From Phallusia mammillata (taxonomy: Eukaryota), in contig OZ281494.1 in NCBI GenBank assembly GCA_965637545.1, positions 14,136,001 through 14,200,000 of the forward strand: DNA of 64,000 bases. Reading direction: 5' to 3'. A model generated the notes under the pieces. It ran no database searches and was not told the origin of the DNA. It saw only the letters and a program-made list of their open reading frames with translations. The translations under genes and the position numbers were made by a program. Shown here one piece after another: positions 12,001 to 25,953 of this stretch. The first letter of the stretch is position 1. Every line of letters begins with the position of its first letter.

Positions 12001-15000
12001 TATTTGTTTGTATTATACTGGTTGTCACGCCAAAGATTACTGGTACGCTTGCGCCATAAAATGTTCAATAAAATGCGATAACCCTGCAAAAGACATTCCG
12101 CTTTTACAACGGGCAATAAAACAACTTTACCTTGAACCGATCACGCTGTCATCGTCACGTGTTCGATGACGCAGGTGCTTTGGATGATGGATTCGTGAAC
12201 CGACGCCGATGGCTGACGCTCCGTTGGGCACCTGTAATTAGGAGGGCGAGATGTAAACAATGCAACAGCTGCAGTAAGCTAATTGCAAAACGCAAAACAT
12301 TGTTTTTCCATATGCTTTTACTGGTGATTGGAGTTGTAGCTTTGTGTACGTTAGAATACACTATACCGAATCATCTAATGCAGGGGTCGGCAACCTTTTT
12401 AACAGTTTGGAAACGCTTTAGGTTAACTTTTTTACCACAACGCAATCACTAAATATGTTGTTACATATTAGTGCAGCACAAAAACAAAAGGCTTTCGGGG
12501 CTCGTATTTAATCAAAAATGCATTTCTGCGTACCTTATTCTTCTTTTTCAGCACGCGGTGTATTCTTGATGCAAGCTGGATGGTTGCGACCGTGTCCGCG
12601 TAATGCTTTTTGTCACGTGACACGTGAGCGAGCATCACTGCACGGCAGTTGATGTTTCCCAGGGTGTCACGCAACACACATGTCAGTTTGCTTTGTCTGT
12701 GTTGATGCAACATGTTCGTGAAAGTTGCAGTATAAATTAGGTTCAATGCAAACATTAATTTGCTGAATATCTTGAGATGTGGTCCTGTGGACATCTATGA
12801 GCTTGTAACCGGTAGATAAAAATATATATATATAAAATCTCAACTGTTTCTGTCACGTAAAAATGCCGCGGTGGTAAATTCTATCAAACATTGCTTATTT
12901 GGTTCGGACTTTTAATTGTCAATTTTCTTTCGTTACCTACAGTTAGTTTGGATACTAACTCCAAGCGGGTTCAACGTACCGAAAAGGGACGTGTTTCGAG
13001 TTATTGACAATTGCCATGATCACGTGACCCAAGGAGGAGTAGGACAATGCGAGTGATCCTGGCGTCTTGATGAGATTCTTGTCACAACTTCCCAAATCGA
13101 TAAAGTGGAGTCGACTTCGCACGGATGAACCTAGAAAATACAAAAATTCTTTGTTTGTTGGTTCTATAGACTCGTAACAAGAGTTTGAAATCGATCTTTA
13201 ATAAGTAATTTTACAGAAAAAACGTTTTGCAAATTTATCATTTTTTTAAACAATCATTCAAAAGAAATCTCCATTAATTCACCACTTGGTTATTAGTCGT
13301 ATATTTAATAAAAATATCCCTGAACCTTCTCCGTTTTTGTCCGTTCGATGTTGCAGAAGGTTGAGTGAGAAGATCACGTGAGAGTGACGTCGCGCTTCCG
13401 GGGTGTTTCTCGAACCGGAACAGCTGCGAGATGCGAGAGCTGCATCGAGAAGAAAACCTGCTCGCTCTGAAGTGCTAGCTTGTATCTCACATCTGTTCTC
13501 AATCTTTAGTGAAAACCAAAAAAATTTTTCTGATACACAGAAACAGTAGTATCCTAATGGAGTACAGGCTTTATTCCTTGTATATTTTTTCTTTTGAAAG
13601 CTGTTATGATGAGACATTCCGGAGACAGAAAACGTGTTGCAAAATCGAGGAAAATAACATACCCTATATCAGGGGTCGGCAACCTTTTTTGCACTGCGGA
13701 CCGGTTTTGAAAGTGAAATTTTATCGCGGACCGGTCTTTAAAAAACTACAAATATTTAGCAATGAAAACGCTTAAATTAGTTTATCTTCCCCGGGATACA
13801 TAGGCAAAATGTTTTGTCGCATTTTACCTGAAAAAATTATACGGCCCGGTAACGAACTCCTCGCGGACCGGTACCGCGCCGCGGACCGGCGGTTGCCGAC
13901 CACTGCCCTATATGCTATGGTGCACTGAATATCCGTTATGTGGCAAATTTATCATTTAGGCCTAAACATATTGTAGCAACGAAGTAAGCTAGCCTGGCCT
14001 CTATAGTGTGTCAATATGAACAATTCATGCTTAGTCTTATTCTATGGCATCTGCATATCATTTCTCACATAAACGTATCCGAAACCTGATGCTCACCTGG
14101 GTTCCCACGAGTGGATCTTCTGTAATTGTCAAAGCTGATGGTGGAGGATCTGTGAAAAACAGGAACAAAACCATTATTTTACAAACGACTTCCAATTGTA
14201 TTCAAATGTAACAATGAAACGGAGGCTTTGAGCATTAATTTATACACCAGCATATTTGATGGTTAAAGGCATAGTACGCCAGGCCCATTGAAGGCGCCAC
14301 ACCGAACCAGCCGGTCACCTAGCATTCACCACCATATAGCAAGGCGTAGGCTAGAAATAACTTAACTGATTTGTAAAGTATGTTCATAGTTGCAACTTAT
14401 TTTGAAACGAAGACATATATATGTATACATATATATATGCTCTAATACCTAAAGTACAAAAAACGTTTGCGGGACTGCATGTTTAAACTACAAATGGTGT
14501 AACTAATCAACTGACTTACCCTCACAATAACCCGTGAGCAGGTCTCTTAACTTCTCCGATGTGCCGTAAACTTCGATGGCTGATACGCTCACAGTGAATC
14601 TGCTTCCCTGTTGTTCCTGTAATTCTCCGATGCAACGAAACAACCAGCTGATGGCGCAAGGGATCACTCCCATCTCTTGACCCAAATTGTCGCTGCCGGC
14701 TAGAACGTATGTCTTGCCTGCACGTTTATGGTGATGAATTTTATTTTTTAAATTAACAACTTTAAGGCACGTAAAATACAATAATACTTATAATAGTTCT
14801 TTTTAACAGTTTAGTTTAAATATGGACTACATCAGAGTTGTAAGTCGGGCCGGGTTCGGCCTTAGGTTTCCTAAAAAACGGGCTTGATTCGGGCCTGACT
14901 TCACATTCTGTGTCAGTATTTTTTTGAATACATTTAACTAGCTAAGTAGCTAGTTGCTGGACCTGACCAACTGTCAAACAGGCCTTAAACGCCTTGTTCA

Positions 15001-18000
15001 AGACCAATGGTCTATTATTGTTTATTGTGTTTGTTGTCTGGGTCTTTCCTGAGACTAGTTTTTATTTTCGTGTTCAGTATTTTGGTTTCAAAATTGTAGT
15101 TTTAAATGTAGTTTCAAAAGATTTGAACCAAATCAATCTATGTAACTTAGTTGTTGGTCCACATGAATACAGCCAAACAAATGGTATACCAAAAGCAGAT
15201 ATAAATACAAAAGAGATGTGTGTGAGTGTTCTTGAGCAATACCTATTTTTCGTCGCAACGGTTACGACCATGTCGCCATGTTGTCACCAGGAAGCACAAA
15301 TGGGTGAGGCTCGTTGCGCGTTTAAAATCGAAAAACAGGGGCCCAAATGGATATGTTTCGTTTACGGACGAAATGTTTTGGGAACCGGTTTTCCTGTTTG
15401 TTGTGTTACTTTACATTTAATTCATACCCAGATAAGCTTGGCCGTAGCAGAAAACCGTTCCATCTGCACCGTTGAGAACAGCTTGGATGACGTCAACAAG
15501 GCTTGCTGAACAAATCTCACTCTAAAAGAAAAAAATCACGGTCATTTATTTTGCCATTGTTTACATAGGATTGCATATGTGTTTGACCAAAGAGCGCGAA
15601 ATTGCACTCGGCGAAACGCAGAAAATGCGTCGCAATAGAGTTTATGCTGTGTCGCAAAATAATGAAGCCGTGATTCTTAACCTTTTTATGATTGATTTGA
15701 TTTATCCCAGTGATTGGTTTGTTTTATCCCGATAGTTAAGCAATGATTTGCCGCAATTTGATTTATATACGAGTATGTCGTGATCGCTGGTCTGTACAGA
15801 CGCTTCAGGGCTGATCCCAGTTATGAATTTATGTTCATCTCAAATGATTCGCCGCAAGTATTAAGTTAAAACTTTTAAAACCATTTGTGTAACGGATAAA
15901 TACGTTGCGCCAAAATCACAAACAAAATTGTATTCACCTGAGTTGTTTCATGCGTGAAAACCGAATCAAAAGCGTAAACCTTCGGAGCAGCTGGATTGTC
16001 GGAGCGCCCTCCAGTGGCAGGATCGGGAGGTGTGAAAACACTCACGTGCTTTTTGTTGCTTTCCATCCGCAAAAAGTCGTCTGTCGGTGAGTTTTGACCA
16101 TTTTCATTTTCACCACCGCCCATTCGCAACACAATCTTTACCTAATATTTTGGAAAGGCAAAAATAAAACTGGTTTAGTTTTGCATTTATTGTGTTGTTG
16201 GAAATTTAGGTAAATCATACCGCGTGACACATACCCTCGATTATAATGAAAATCTAGATGTTTATGGCAACATTACTAAGTTATTAAAAATACATTAAAA
16301 AAAAGGTTTTTTTTTAAGTTATTAAAAAAAGTTTTTCCTGAGGACCCATTTCTTTCCGTTCACTATTTCATTTGCATTAGAAAAGGGGAGAGGCTAACGA
16401 GGAAACGGATAGATTGGTTCGTTTTTTGCAATATGAGACGAATCAAAAACAAATTTATGTCAAATACAACGGTTTTTGGTCTTTCTACGATTTGTCGATC
16501 TCGGGCTTGTCGGCTTCTTAAAGGGCCGAGACACTTAAATTCCGCCAACGCGTATCGGCCAAGATTGTCCGCACGGCATTTTTCACTTTGGCGAACAAAG
16601 CATATCAATTATAGAACAGAAACTGTGTTGCTTTTTCAGCTTAGTTCGGCAAAGTTTGACGTCGGTCGACCCGGGAATCAGATTACTATAGGCCACCCAG
16701 CTCATTACTGTTCGCGCACCCGTTGCACCGTACATTTGCCCTCATTAGCACATGCAAATTATCACCAATTAAGCCGCCGGCTTTTGCTTTGCTGACCCCA
16801 AATGACAAGCAAATCGCGAACATCGGGTTGCTGCGACATAAGCAGTCGCAAGGGAGAAAAGTAACTTACGGAGAAACAAAAGGACGAAATTACCCAAAGG
16901 TTACTATAGTTTACGGAACAAAGGAAACCCCAGGACAAGTGTATGCGTTTCAACTTATTAGTGCTATGGCGCTGGTCCACACCATGAACTTATTTAAAAA
17001 GCACATTGGGTTAAATCGAGTTTGTAGCCAGACAAACCAGACAAAACGAAATTCTCTTTGTACTCCACATGTTGTGGTGTTGCGATAATGAATAAAAAAC
17101 ATATTCAACGTTATTAAATGTGTCTTGTTATCTACTTCAAGGCGATTTAAAATGCATATCGTCCAAAAACAAACTTTCAAATATGTTGACTAAACCAACG
17201 CCAAAGTTTGTCCTTTGTTGAGTTTTTTTTTTGTCCCAATGCCAATCTTGTTTCAACATAGTTTACCTTAAAAGGTTTAGACTTCATTGCATAAGAAAGC
17301 TTTCACATTGTCAGAAAATATTCGATAGCGGTCCTAGTATTTGTTATTGGCCTTCCAATGAACAAATCACGATCAGCAGCTAAAATGAGGGATAGCGCTC
17401 TTAATCAAGTCCCGCGCCCCAATTGGCACTCGCTAATTTCACTTACACGGCAAAGCGGCTGGCGCAGACATATGGCACAGAATATTGGCGTTTGCCAAGA
17501 TCGATTGTTGCACCAGCTACAACTGCTGGGCGGGAGTTCGTTTTAATTCCGGACTCTGGCAAGGCCAATAAAAAGCATCTTTCAAACGAACGACGCGAAT
17601 CTAGATTGGTTTGTTCCTTCCGAGTGATTTTACGACTGTAACGAAGACAAATTGTTTCTGTGCTCGTGCAATTTACGACCCGACAATACACGATTGCATT
17701 GTGTTGCTTGATAAGATTTGTGAAGAAACGGTTATGGGCTGGACTTTACCTCATTACAAAAATAATATTTTTTGGGATTACTATTAATCGGTTTGGGGAA
17801 ATATACAATCCTGAAGTTTGAAATGATGAAAAACATATTTTAATGTTGACCAAATACCAATTGTCGATTTTACCAAGAATTTGTTTCATTTCTTGACGTT
17901 TCCAATTTGTTTTGCAATTAATAAACCAAAAGTGATCACTTACAATTGTTTTCGGAATCTATTTATGATACAGGGGATGACAAAAAGATTCTTGATTGAC

Positions 18001-21000
18001 GCATTCCAGCGTTTATAAACAACCTGGTAGGAATTACATTTGACACAGTGAAGTTCACAGTCTAATGCCCTTCTATGTCACAAATGTGAAGGAACAATGC
18101 CGCTATCCCTATAAACAATTCACACAGTTGACATTAGCCAGTTGCCGCATTTCAAAACAGCCCTTCTTTCTGCAAACAATTCAATGCCGGGACAAAACGT
18201 TTTTTTTCACAGCCTCGAGGGCCACATGGGCCGCGGGAGCTGATAAAACTTTAATACCGGAAATAAAATTTTTATGACACAGCGATGCGAGAAGGCCTTT
18301 CTTCGGGCGCAGCACCGTGGATAGGGCAAAACAATTCACTCACAGACAACGAACGCTCGCCAGTTCCACAGAAAAACGACAAGAAAACTGCTTTTCAGCA
18401 ATTTGCCGATCGCTCCCAAAGATTTTTTGCCACCCAGGTGCTTGAGGCCACCAGTTTTAAACGTCAGTCAAAAGTTCAAGGGCTTATTGGCCTCGAAATC
18501 TCGAGTGCAATATGGCGATAGCGAAGACATGCTCGGTTGAAAAGTGTCCTGTATACAACAACGGTATAATCCTGCTAAGAGCGACTGGTCGTCATAAAGC
18601 ACAAACATAAACGCTGTGATTGACAAATAGAATGTCCATTATTTATAATACGACAATCATTTGTAATCATCACAATGCCATCCACTGGTACTTTGCTTGT
18701 CCCATTTATAGCCTTGTTATTAGGTTGGTAAAGTTGGCACTACGCGGATAGGTTGAAATAATAGCCTACAGGTTTTTTAAGGCCCTATGAATTTTGTCCC
18801 ATCTTTAATATATCACTTAAATTCCTAAAATACTAGTTGAATCTACTGCTGTTGCACAAAAGCCAAAGAGCCTACTTCAATTTGCAACAAACGCAAGATT
18901 TTACGGTGTTAAGTATGCCAGGGATTTTGCCAATACAGCGGTTGAGGTAAAACGCGTTGGTGAAATCCAACCCAAAACAAATTAACTTTCCGCTGCATGT
19001 TCAGGGTGCTTGAGGAAACTCAGTCATTGAGCTTTCAGTAACGAAAACCACCACAAAGTTTCGGGTTTAAGGTTGTGGCTGTTAAGCGCTTAACAGCTAT
19101 TAGGCAATTTGCAACAAAGCGTGTCCCCAAAAAATGCCTATCTTACATATAGCAGATTCCAAACGTTTGTAACTGATATTAAAATGCCTGACAATTTGAT
19201 TGATATGCTCTGAGTTTTGCAATGTCTGAAACGAGTTTTCGTTGCTCAATAAAAGTACGACATGTGTTCAATTGTATGGATGTAGAATGTTCATTGCAAA
19301 CATATATGTCCAAAACACCAACTTCAAGCGAATATACATATCGACCTATTGGTTCCAGTCACACAAATGATCGGCAGACGTTACCGACATCAATCCCAGT
19401 CCCAAGGCGCAATGTTTCTATCGACCTCCTGCCATATGTAACAGATTGGCGACGACCCTTCAACGGTGCCGAGCTTTTGAGACGATACAAATTACCCGTC
19501 GGTACAGGAAAAACAAATGCGTTTTGTCATCCAACGGCCGGTACCCTTTTCCCACCCAAAGACGGTTCAAGACTTAATAGTTAACGCGACAATTGGCTTG
19601 CGCAAATGTGAAAACCCTAACGCCGCGGTCAAGGCGGCTTTAGTCTTCATTTTACGCTCCGATGGATAGTGTGTTTGTTTGTGGACAACTCAATAGCGAG
19701 TCACGTCCTGGGACTACGTGGAACAGGTGCGCGTGGTAAGTAACAGCGCATTGACATTCTGAGGGCTTTCACTTGCACCCTCTTTACCAATAATATGTTT
19801 TGGGTATAAGCGAGGTTTTAATGGAAATCTGGAATGTCGCCGAACGCCGCCTAATGGAGTTGCTACATTCAACAGCATGGGTTCTTGACACGACAGCCGT
19901 AAAAATATTTTAAACAATTAAATTACGATGTTGCTACATCGATGGATAAGACTTGCGGTTTAAGATGCGTACAAGCGAAAAGGGCTTTGAAGACCTAAGG
20001 TAGTTTACGAATCTCAAAAGCCGTTGGTGATTGCAACTGTTGCACCTGCCTTTATGCTTCAAGTGTTTCGTTGACTCAAGCTCATATAATCCAAAAGCAC
20101 CAAGCGATATGAAAACAAAACAAACCTTGCCAGGGCCTGGGTGGTCTTTCCTTCGGTTCACCCCGTTGTCGTTGCCACTAGTAGTGTTGGTTAATCCTTT
20201 TATCAGACTTGGGGGCATGGGTGGTGGAGACTTTTTGAGAAGCCCACTGTAGTTGGTGGAAAATGGTCGGCGTTGTCGCATCTTGTCCGTGCAAGCTGGA
20301 GTACGAGATCCTCCGCCACACCGCTGTGGTATGTGCGAATATTGTTGTTGCTGCTTCCTGCGGTTCGGTTTGGGTGGGATGATGCTCTCTACAGGGTTGG
20401 ACACCCCTTTTGCAGATTGCGGACTAAAACAAAGAAACAGCCCTGCTGAAACATTCAGACCGTTTAAACATATATTTACATCTGACTATTGTTGAGCGAC
20501 TGTAAAGCAACAAGTAAACATTACACTGATAGGCGAACATCAATATAAATTTCTAAAATATATCTTAAAGCACTACGTCTGGAAAATCTAAAACACAGCG
20601 TCAAGACCCGTCAAGACATCGATAGCCACCTGTAGATACGGTGACCTGTTATCCCTACTCCTATTCTTGTCATGCACCATTAGAGCAGCGCTTAACGAGT
20701 TTATCAAACATCTGCTGAGGATGCTACATCCAACGTTTCCCGGCGCTAATGGACACGGCATGACACGGCCCCTTGACCCTCAATAATTGTCGCTTACGTG
20801 CTGCGGCCTGAATCCTATAGTTTTCGCTGCGAAAGGCAAAACTATACACTCGAAACCGTTGTTTTTAATACCCACGCACACTCTTCTTTCGCGTTTTTTA
20901 TCAATATTGTCACAGGTATATGCGCATATATAGATGGAGCGACAAGTGGATGCAATAAATCTATCGCTTTAGGTACATTCTGACGCATTGAGAGGTAAAT

Positions 21001-21624
21001 TCTCACGGCTTTTAGGCATGTGCATCGTGTGTAGTGCCGACTTTCGTCGATGTTTCGCTCGGCTACAAAGCTAATAAACGCCTAGTTTGTATGGGCTTGC
21101 ACTTGGGAACGCCATAAATTATTAAACACCGCTCATCGGGGCCTAGGACGAAAAACCATCAAGTTGAATTTTGTAAACTACAGCGACGACACATCAATTA
21201 TGCACAGACGACGTACAGGGAAAATCAACTAAAATCACTTAAGTCCTAATATTAAACAAGGTTTGTATGGCAAAAATCGTAGTTCGTCAGTTGGTACTTT
21301 GTTAACTATGCAGTCCATGACCAGGGTTGAAGTCGACACTCGACAATATGCCTTTGCGAGGACACAATGATCGCTTTTGACGCAAGCACTCATTACTTCT
21401 ATAGGCACCATGGGCAGCAATTTGCTCCCGTATGCCACAAAACATACAATCCCAACTGTTGGGAAGAGCGACTTTATGGGTATTTTGTTATATTATATTT
21501 AATAAGACCAAACTTCTGTCAATACGTGTATACTTACACAAATCGCTTTGCACAATAAACAAGTTAGCAACACAATAAACATTTATATTTATACTTACCA
21601 CGGTATGCCGGGCTTTCGGTTCAT
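9096..21624 (-). CDS. KIF26: Kinesin-11 family protein (KIF26A/B, VAB-8 ortholog)
   Basis: Phase-consistent exons 21624-21599 (tentative ATG exon), 20423-20126, 16141-15938, 15521-15428, 14717-14520, 14149-14097, 13503-13326, 13130-12980, 12696-12534, 12231-12131, 11670-9409, 9246-9096 (TAA if unspliced). KIF26 signatures: [134 protein letters not shown]. The 3' end is uncertain. Confidence 0.93.
12381..12400 (+). mobile_element. Solo left TIR of a hAT MITE
   Basis: CAGGGGTCGGCAACCTTTTT matches the left end at 13670 and is preceded by ATCTAATG (nnnTAnnn). No right TIR found. Confidence 0.55.
13670..13905. mobile_element. hAT (Buster/Charlie-type) MITE
   Basis: TIRs CAGGGGTCGGCAACC / GGTTGCCGACCACTG. 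Perfect 8-bp TSD CCCTATAT (13662-13669, 13906-13913). Subterminal GCGGACCGG repeats. Confidence 0.92.
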
Positions 21625-24382
21625 TCTTGTTTTATAAATCCAAACTTTGTGATCATGACGACAAGTCCTTGGTCATTTCATTTTCCAGGTATTCAAACTT
21701 ATTGTTGTGAATAAAAACAGAGGCAGCATGCAAACGTCAAGGCAAAACGCATGCAGTGGAACCGTTCGGGTCCATGTATCAGCTTAAGCGGCCACAACAA
21801 CTATTGCCTGAAACGTAAAGTAGATTTAACGGCGTCACGATTTGACCAAATGCTTAGTGCGAACAGTGGCGAGACGTAAGTAAATACGACCCTTATCCAA
21901 GCAGTTATACACTCGGGTTTTTACTGCCTGACGTATTCTTGTGTACGAGGTTCCTGTTTCCCCAGTCAGATTGTACCAGGGAGCACATATGTGTGGTTTG
22001 GACTATGTAATGCGTTGTTACAACAAAAACAGAAATATCTGAATTAATATGCCCCTTTTTTACAACGACGTCACACAACTAACACACAATAAAAACTATA
22101 ATGTTAACATTGTCTTAAAACGGCTCAAACTAATATGAGATTTAAAAAAAAACTTCCTCACATTTTCGATAATTAGGTAAAGATATAGCTAACCAAGTCT
22201 CGCTTTTATTTTAATCAAGTCCCTTTTTTGCAAAATTGGCACACCCATATATCTGTTACGCCGTATCATTAAAACACCCTTATACATAAAGCGGCATGCA
22301 AACCAAAGAAATATACACCTCGAACAGCACGTAATATAACATTACAGTTGTCATTTTTCTTATCACACTTGTCATTTTTCTTTCTACACTGAAACTTGAT
22401 AACTTTGTAAAGCATCCACGTTCTTTAAATAAAAGTTTAGATCTAGCCTACCGACAAGTGTAAGCCTAGCTGATTTTTATGGCGGTGCACTGGCTAGGTA
22501 AACCTGCATTTGCATCCCAAAGCAATTGAGACCGCAGTTGCACATCCAATATTCGCGTGTACGTTGACATGTCCCTTTCTCTCCCCACGAGCTATCGATC
22601 GAGGAATTCCAATATGTCAATCCGCCTGTGTGCATCAATTATGCATCGGAGGCTTCGCTAATCCAGCATTTGCGGGGACACCGGGCAATAGACGCCCGCG
22701 CCAACAACAACAAGATCTGTCGGCGAGACGACCCGCACATGTTATCTGGGGGATTATTACGTAACTTTTCAACACCAAAATGTCCTAGCAACCAGTTGTC
22801 TCACTGTCCTAGCAGTGCAAGCAACATCTATTAAACGTCTATCTTTTAATATATTTTCTGTCGATACAACAGTGTTTTTTTATTCTGTAATTGAATTAAA
22901 GCTGAAAATGCGACTTCCTTTGCAAGCTCCAAAAGTATTCTGCACTTTGCATGTTGGATAGCGTAACCCTAAACTAAGGCAAAGTAGGTTACCGATGAGT
23001 GTTAACTTAACTGGGCGTTCCTAATTGTTAAACACGGTCGTAAACAGAATTCCTGCTCCTGTCAATCTTGGCTATAAACTAGAATTTATGGTTAGTGTCC
23101 TTTAAACAATACCAACCTGACCGCAAAGTTGTTAGTTCGTTTATTTTATCACTTTGTCAACACGGACAGTTGACAGAAAAGTTAATAAGCTGGCACGTCA
23201 TACAACTGAACAGAAATATGTCTCCAACGATCAACTGCTGAAACCAATGCTGATAAAACAGCCTAAAACAGGGTAATTTTTCGCGTTGAATAAACATAGG
23301 TATTTCATAAGCTCATTTTTACCTATAAAACCGATTAATATTTGACTATCGGGTTGGTACGGTCGCTGATGTTTTGTCTTTGTAAAGTTGCCAAGGAACC
23401 GAGCGTCAAAGAAAGTAGAAATTTCGTTGTTATGCAGTTGCGGCTTGCAAGTGGGCCTGCTAACTCGCTCCTTACCGCGGCCTGGAGGGGTGATTTCATT
23501 TTGTTTGACAACACAGGATGTCGCTATCTATAAAAAAAAAAAATGTTTTGTGGTTTTGGGCCTTTGGCTTTTTTGCCCAATCTGGCTCAGATTCTCGAGA
23601 CAAACATTACACCAGTTTAAAAGCATACATTACCAAGTTGTGTCAAATGGTCAAGTGGGTTATTTCTTATGGTTGTGATAAAAATAGACAATAAACGAAG
23701 GTTTTCATTGTAAAATAGTATTTTCATTTTTTAGTATCCGTATTTCGTAACGTCTGCTAATCTGAGCATGTTGTTTTTAAGGTTAACATGAAGTAGAGAT
23801 AGGCAGCTACCGCAAAGTAAACCATTTAGAAACTTTCTGAGTCACAACTCACAATCCAGTCCAGTCGCTGTTGGTTTTGTCACAAGTTAAAGAGTGATTT
23901 TGTGTGACGTGAAGAGTGCTGACCACTTTGCTTAGTGCTAGTGCCAAACGTCTCTCCAAACAGAAACAGTAGTGTAGTGGAAGTAACACTGGTTGGTAAA
24001 ATTTGAGTAGTAGGAAACAAAATACATTGACATTTATACCTAGTCTCTGGAAGCTTTTTTGTCTGCTAGTTTTGTTTTTCTTGGAAAAGTGTGGGCTTGT
24101 GTAATAAATGCGAACTATGCTTAATATGTAAATAAACTATTTTAACCATTCATATATTTTTTGTACCGTTTATTTCGCCGGTTTCAAAACTAATACTATA
24201 CAATTTGTTTTCATTAAAACATAACAAAATGTAATCAATTATGTTTGTGTACTATTTTGTTGCACTTTATATATATAGTCTTTTTTAACGACAATAGAGA
24301 CTGAGAAAATGCCATTAGCATTACAATGTCATAACTTATAATGTACTCTAATTTACTGTTGTTTTGTTCAGGATTTGTTGTA

Positions 24383-25953
24383 ATGGCAAACATGACCTCA
24401 GAAGAACCAGCTTCTTTTCAAAATGTTCCAATTGACACAGCAATCCTTTGTCCGGAAAGCCTTGAACATTTTAAAATTGATAAACATGGAAAAGTAAAGG
24501 TAAATCTTATTCAATGGATATTGCAGAAAAAATATGTTAGTGCTTGAATAATATTTCCTTAAGGTAGAAAACTTTTCAGTGTGATATAATCCTTTATAAT
24601 TAACCCTGCTAAAATTGTAAATGTTTTACATTATGGCATTTACAAGTCAATTTTGTTGAGTTACTGCGCACATTTAGGTTCCCAGGAGGCTTATTCACTG
24701 CAGTGATGGGATTTTAGAGGAGTACAGTACTGATGAGGAAGAAGAAGAGCCACCTCCACCTCCTGTTGATGTGGTAAAAACCTGATGTTTGTGTGGTAAA
24801 CATATATGCACTGGTCAGATATGGAACAAACAAAATATAGTGATGTTTTAAATATGCTCTATGTCAGAGGTCTGCAAAACTTTTAAACTTTCATGTATTC
24901 TTTACCGTTTTAATCTTGTTCTTCAGCTCTGATTTTCCAACATTGCAAAAAAGCGTTAAAAAGCATAAAAATATAAGCTGCATAAAACATGTGATTGTGT
25001 TTTGTGGAGAACTTGGTATAAGTATTGAAAATAATTTTTCACTTTTTGTTGTCTTGTTGTAAAATTTAAGTCAGGTTTCAACTGAAAGTGTTATTCAAAA
25101 TCAAAATAGGATTGAATTTGTATGTTTTTTCCAAAGTTTTTGCCAACTGAAACTTTTGATCATGCCTAACGAAAAGTTACATATGTTTATCATCATCATC
25201 ATTCTTCTGTCTCGCTTAATCCTTAATGGAGGGTCGCGGGGGCAGCAGCTCAAGATTGAGCCTCCACACTTCACGTTCAGTCACCAATTCCTTCAGTTCA
25301 TTTGAACATATGTTTAAACTAAAAGATCATAGTTGATTTACAGTTGGTCTTTTTTGCAGTCAAAACTCACATGGCCATCATACTTGTGGTATCAAACTCT
25401 GCAGACAGCTTTTGGTGGTCTTGCTGGTAAATTTATGCAAATTAAACCAGTTTGCTTTTCAATGACAAACATACTTTTTTAGTTTGTGACTACCTTGGAG
25501 AGAAACTTGCTTACTTTTTTGGCATAACTAGTCCTAAGTATCAGTATGCAATTGATGAAATTCAGCGTATGGAGGATGAAGAACAAGAAGATGCAGATTT
25601 GGAAGCAGAAGAGAGATCAGCAGAAGATGAGTTTGTCAGAAAAGTAACTGGGTATGTTCAGAGGATTTTTCATAGTTTTGTTTTATTTCTTAGGGTCATA
25701 TTTTTAATATGCATGGTCAACCGGTCACAGGAAGACTATACATTTTTCAGTGTTGTTGCAAATTTGCAATGTATACATTCTTTGCTTGGGAAATCAGCTG
25801 ATTCGGTGTAATGCCTTGAATAGGCCCGGCATACTATGATGATGATGTATACATTATTTTTTAGGAGTTTTTTTAATGCTACTTTTGTGCAGGGCAACTA
25901 CTGCAACTGTTGATGATGTTACTGTGAAAGATCCCAAGTCCAATATACAATAG
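24383..25953 (+). CDS. FAM177A1: FAM177A1-like protein
   Basis: Exons 24383-24499, 24678-24773, 25360-25426, 25483-25651, 25893-25953 (TAG), all phases consistent. KVPRRLIHCSDGILEEYSTDEEE, KLTWPSYLW and VCDYLGEKLAYFFGITSPKYQYAIDE match the FAM177 motifs VPRR.IHF..G..MEEYSTDE, LTWGPYLW and CDFLGEKIA..LGI..PKYQYAIDE. Confidence 0.93.
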
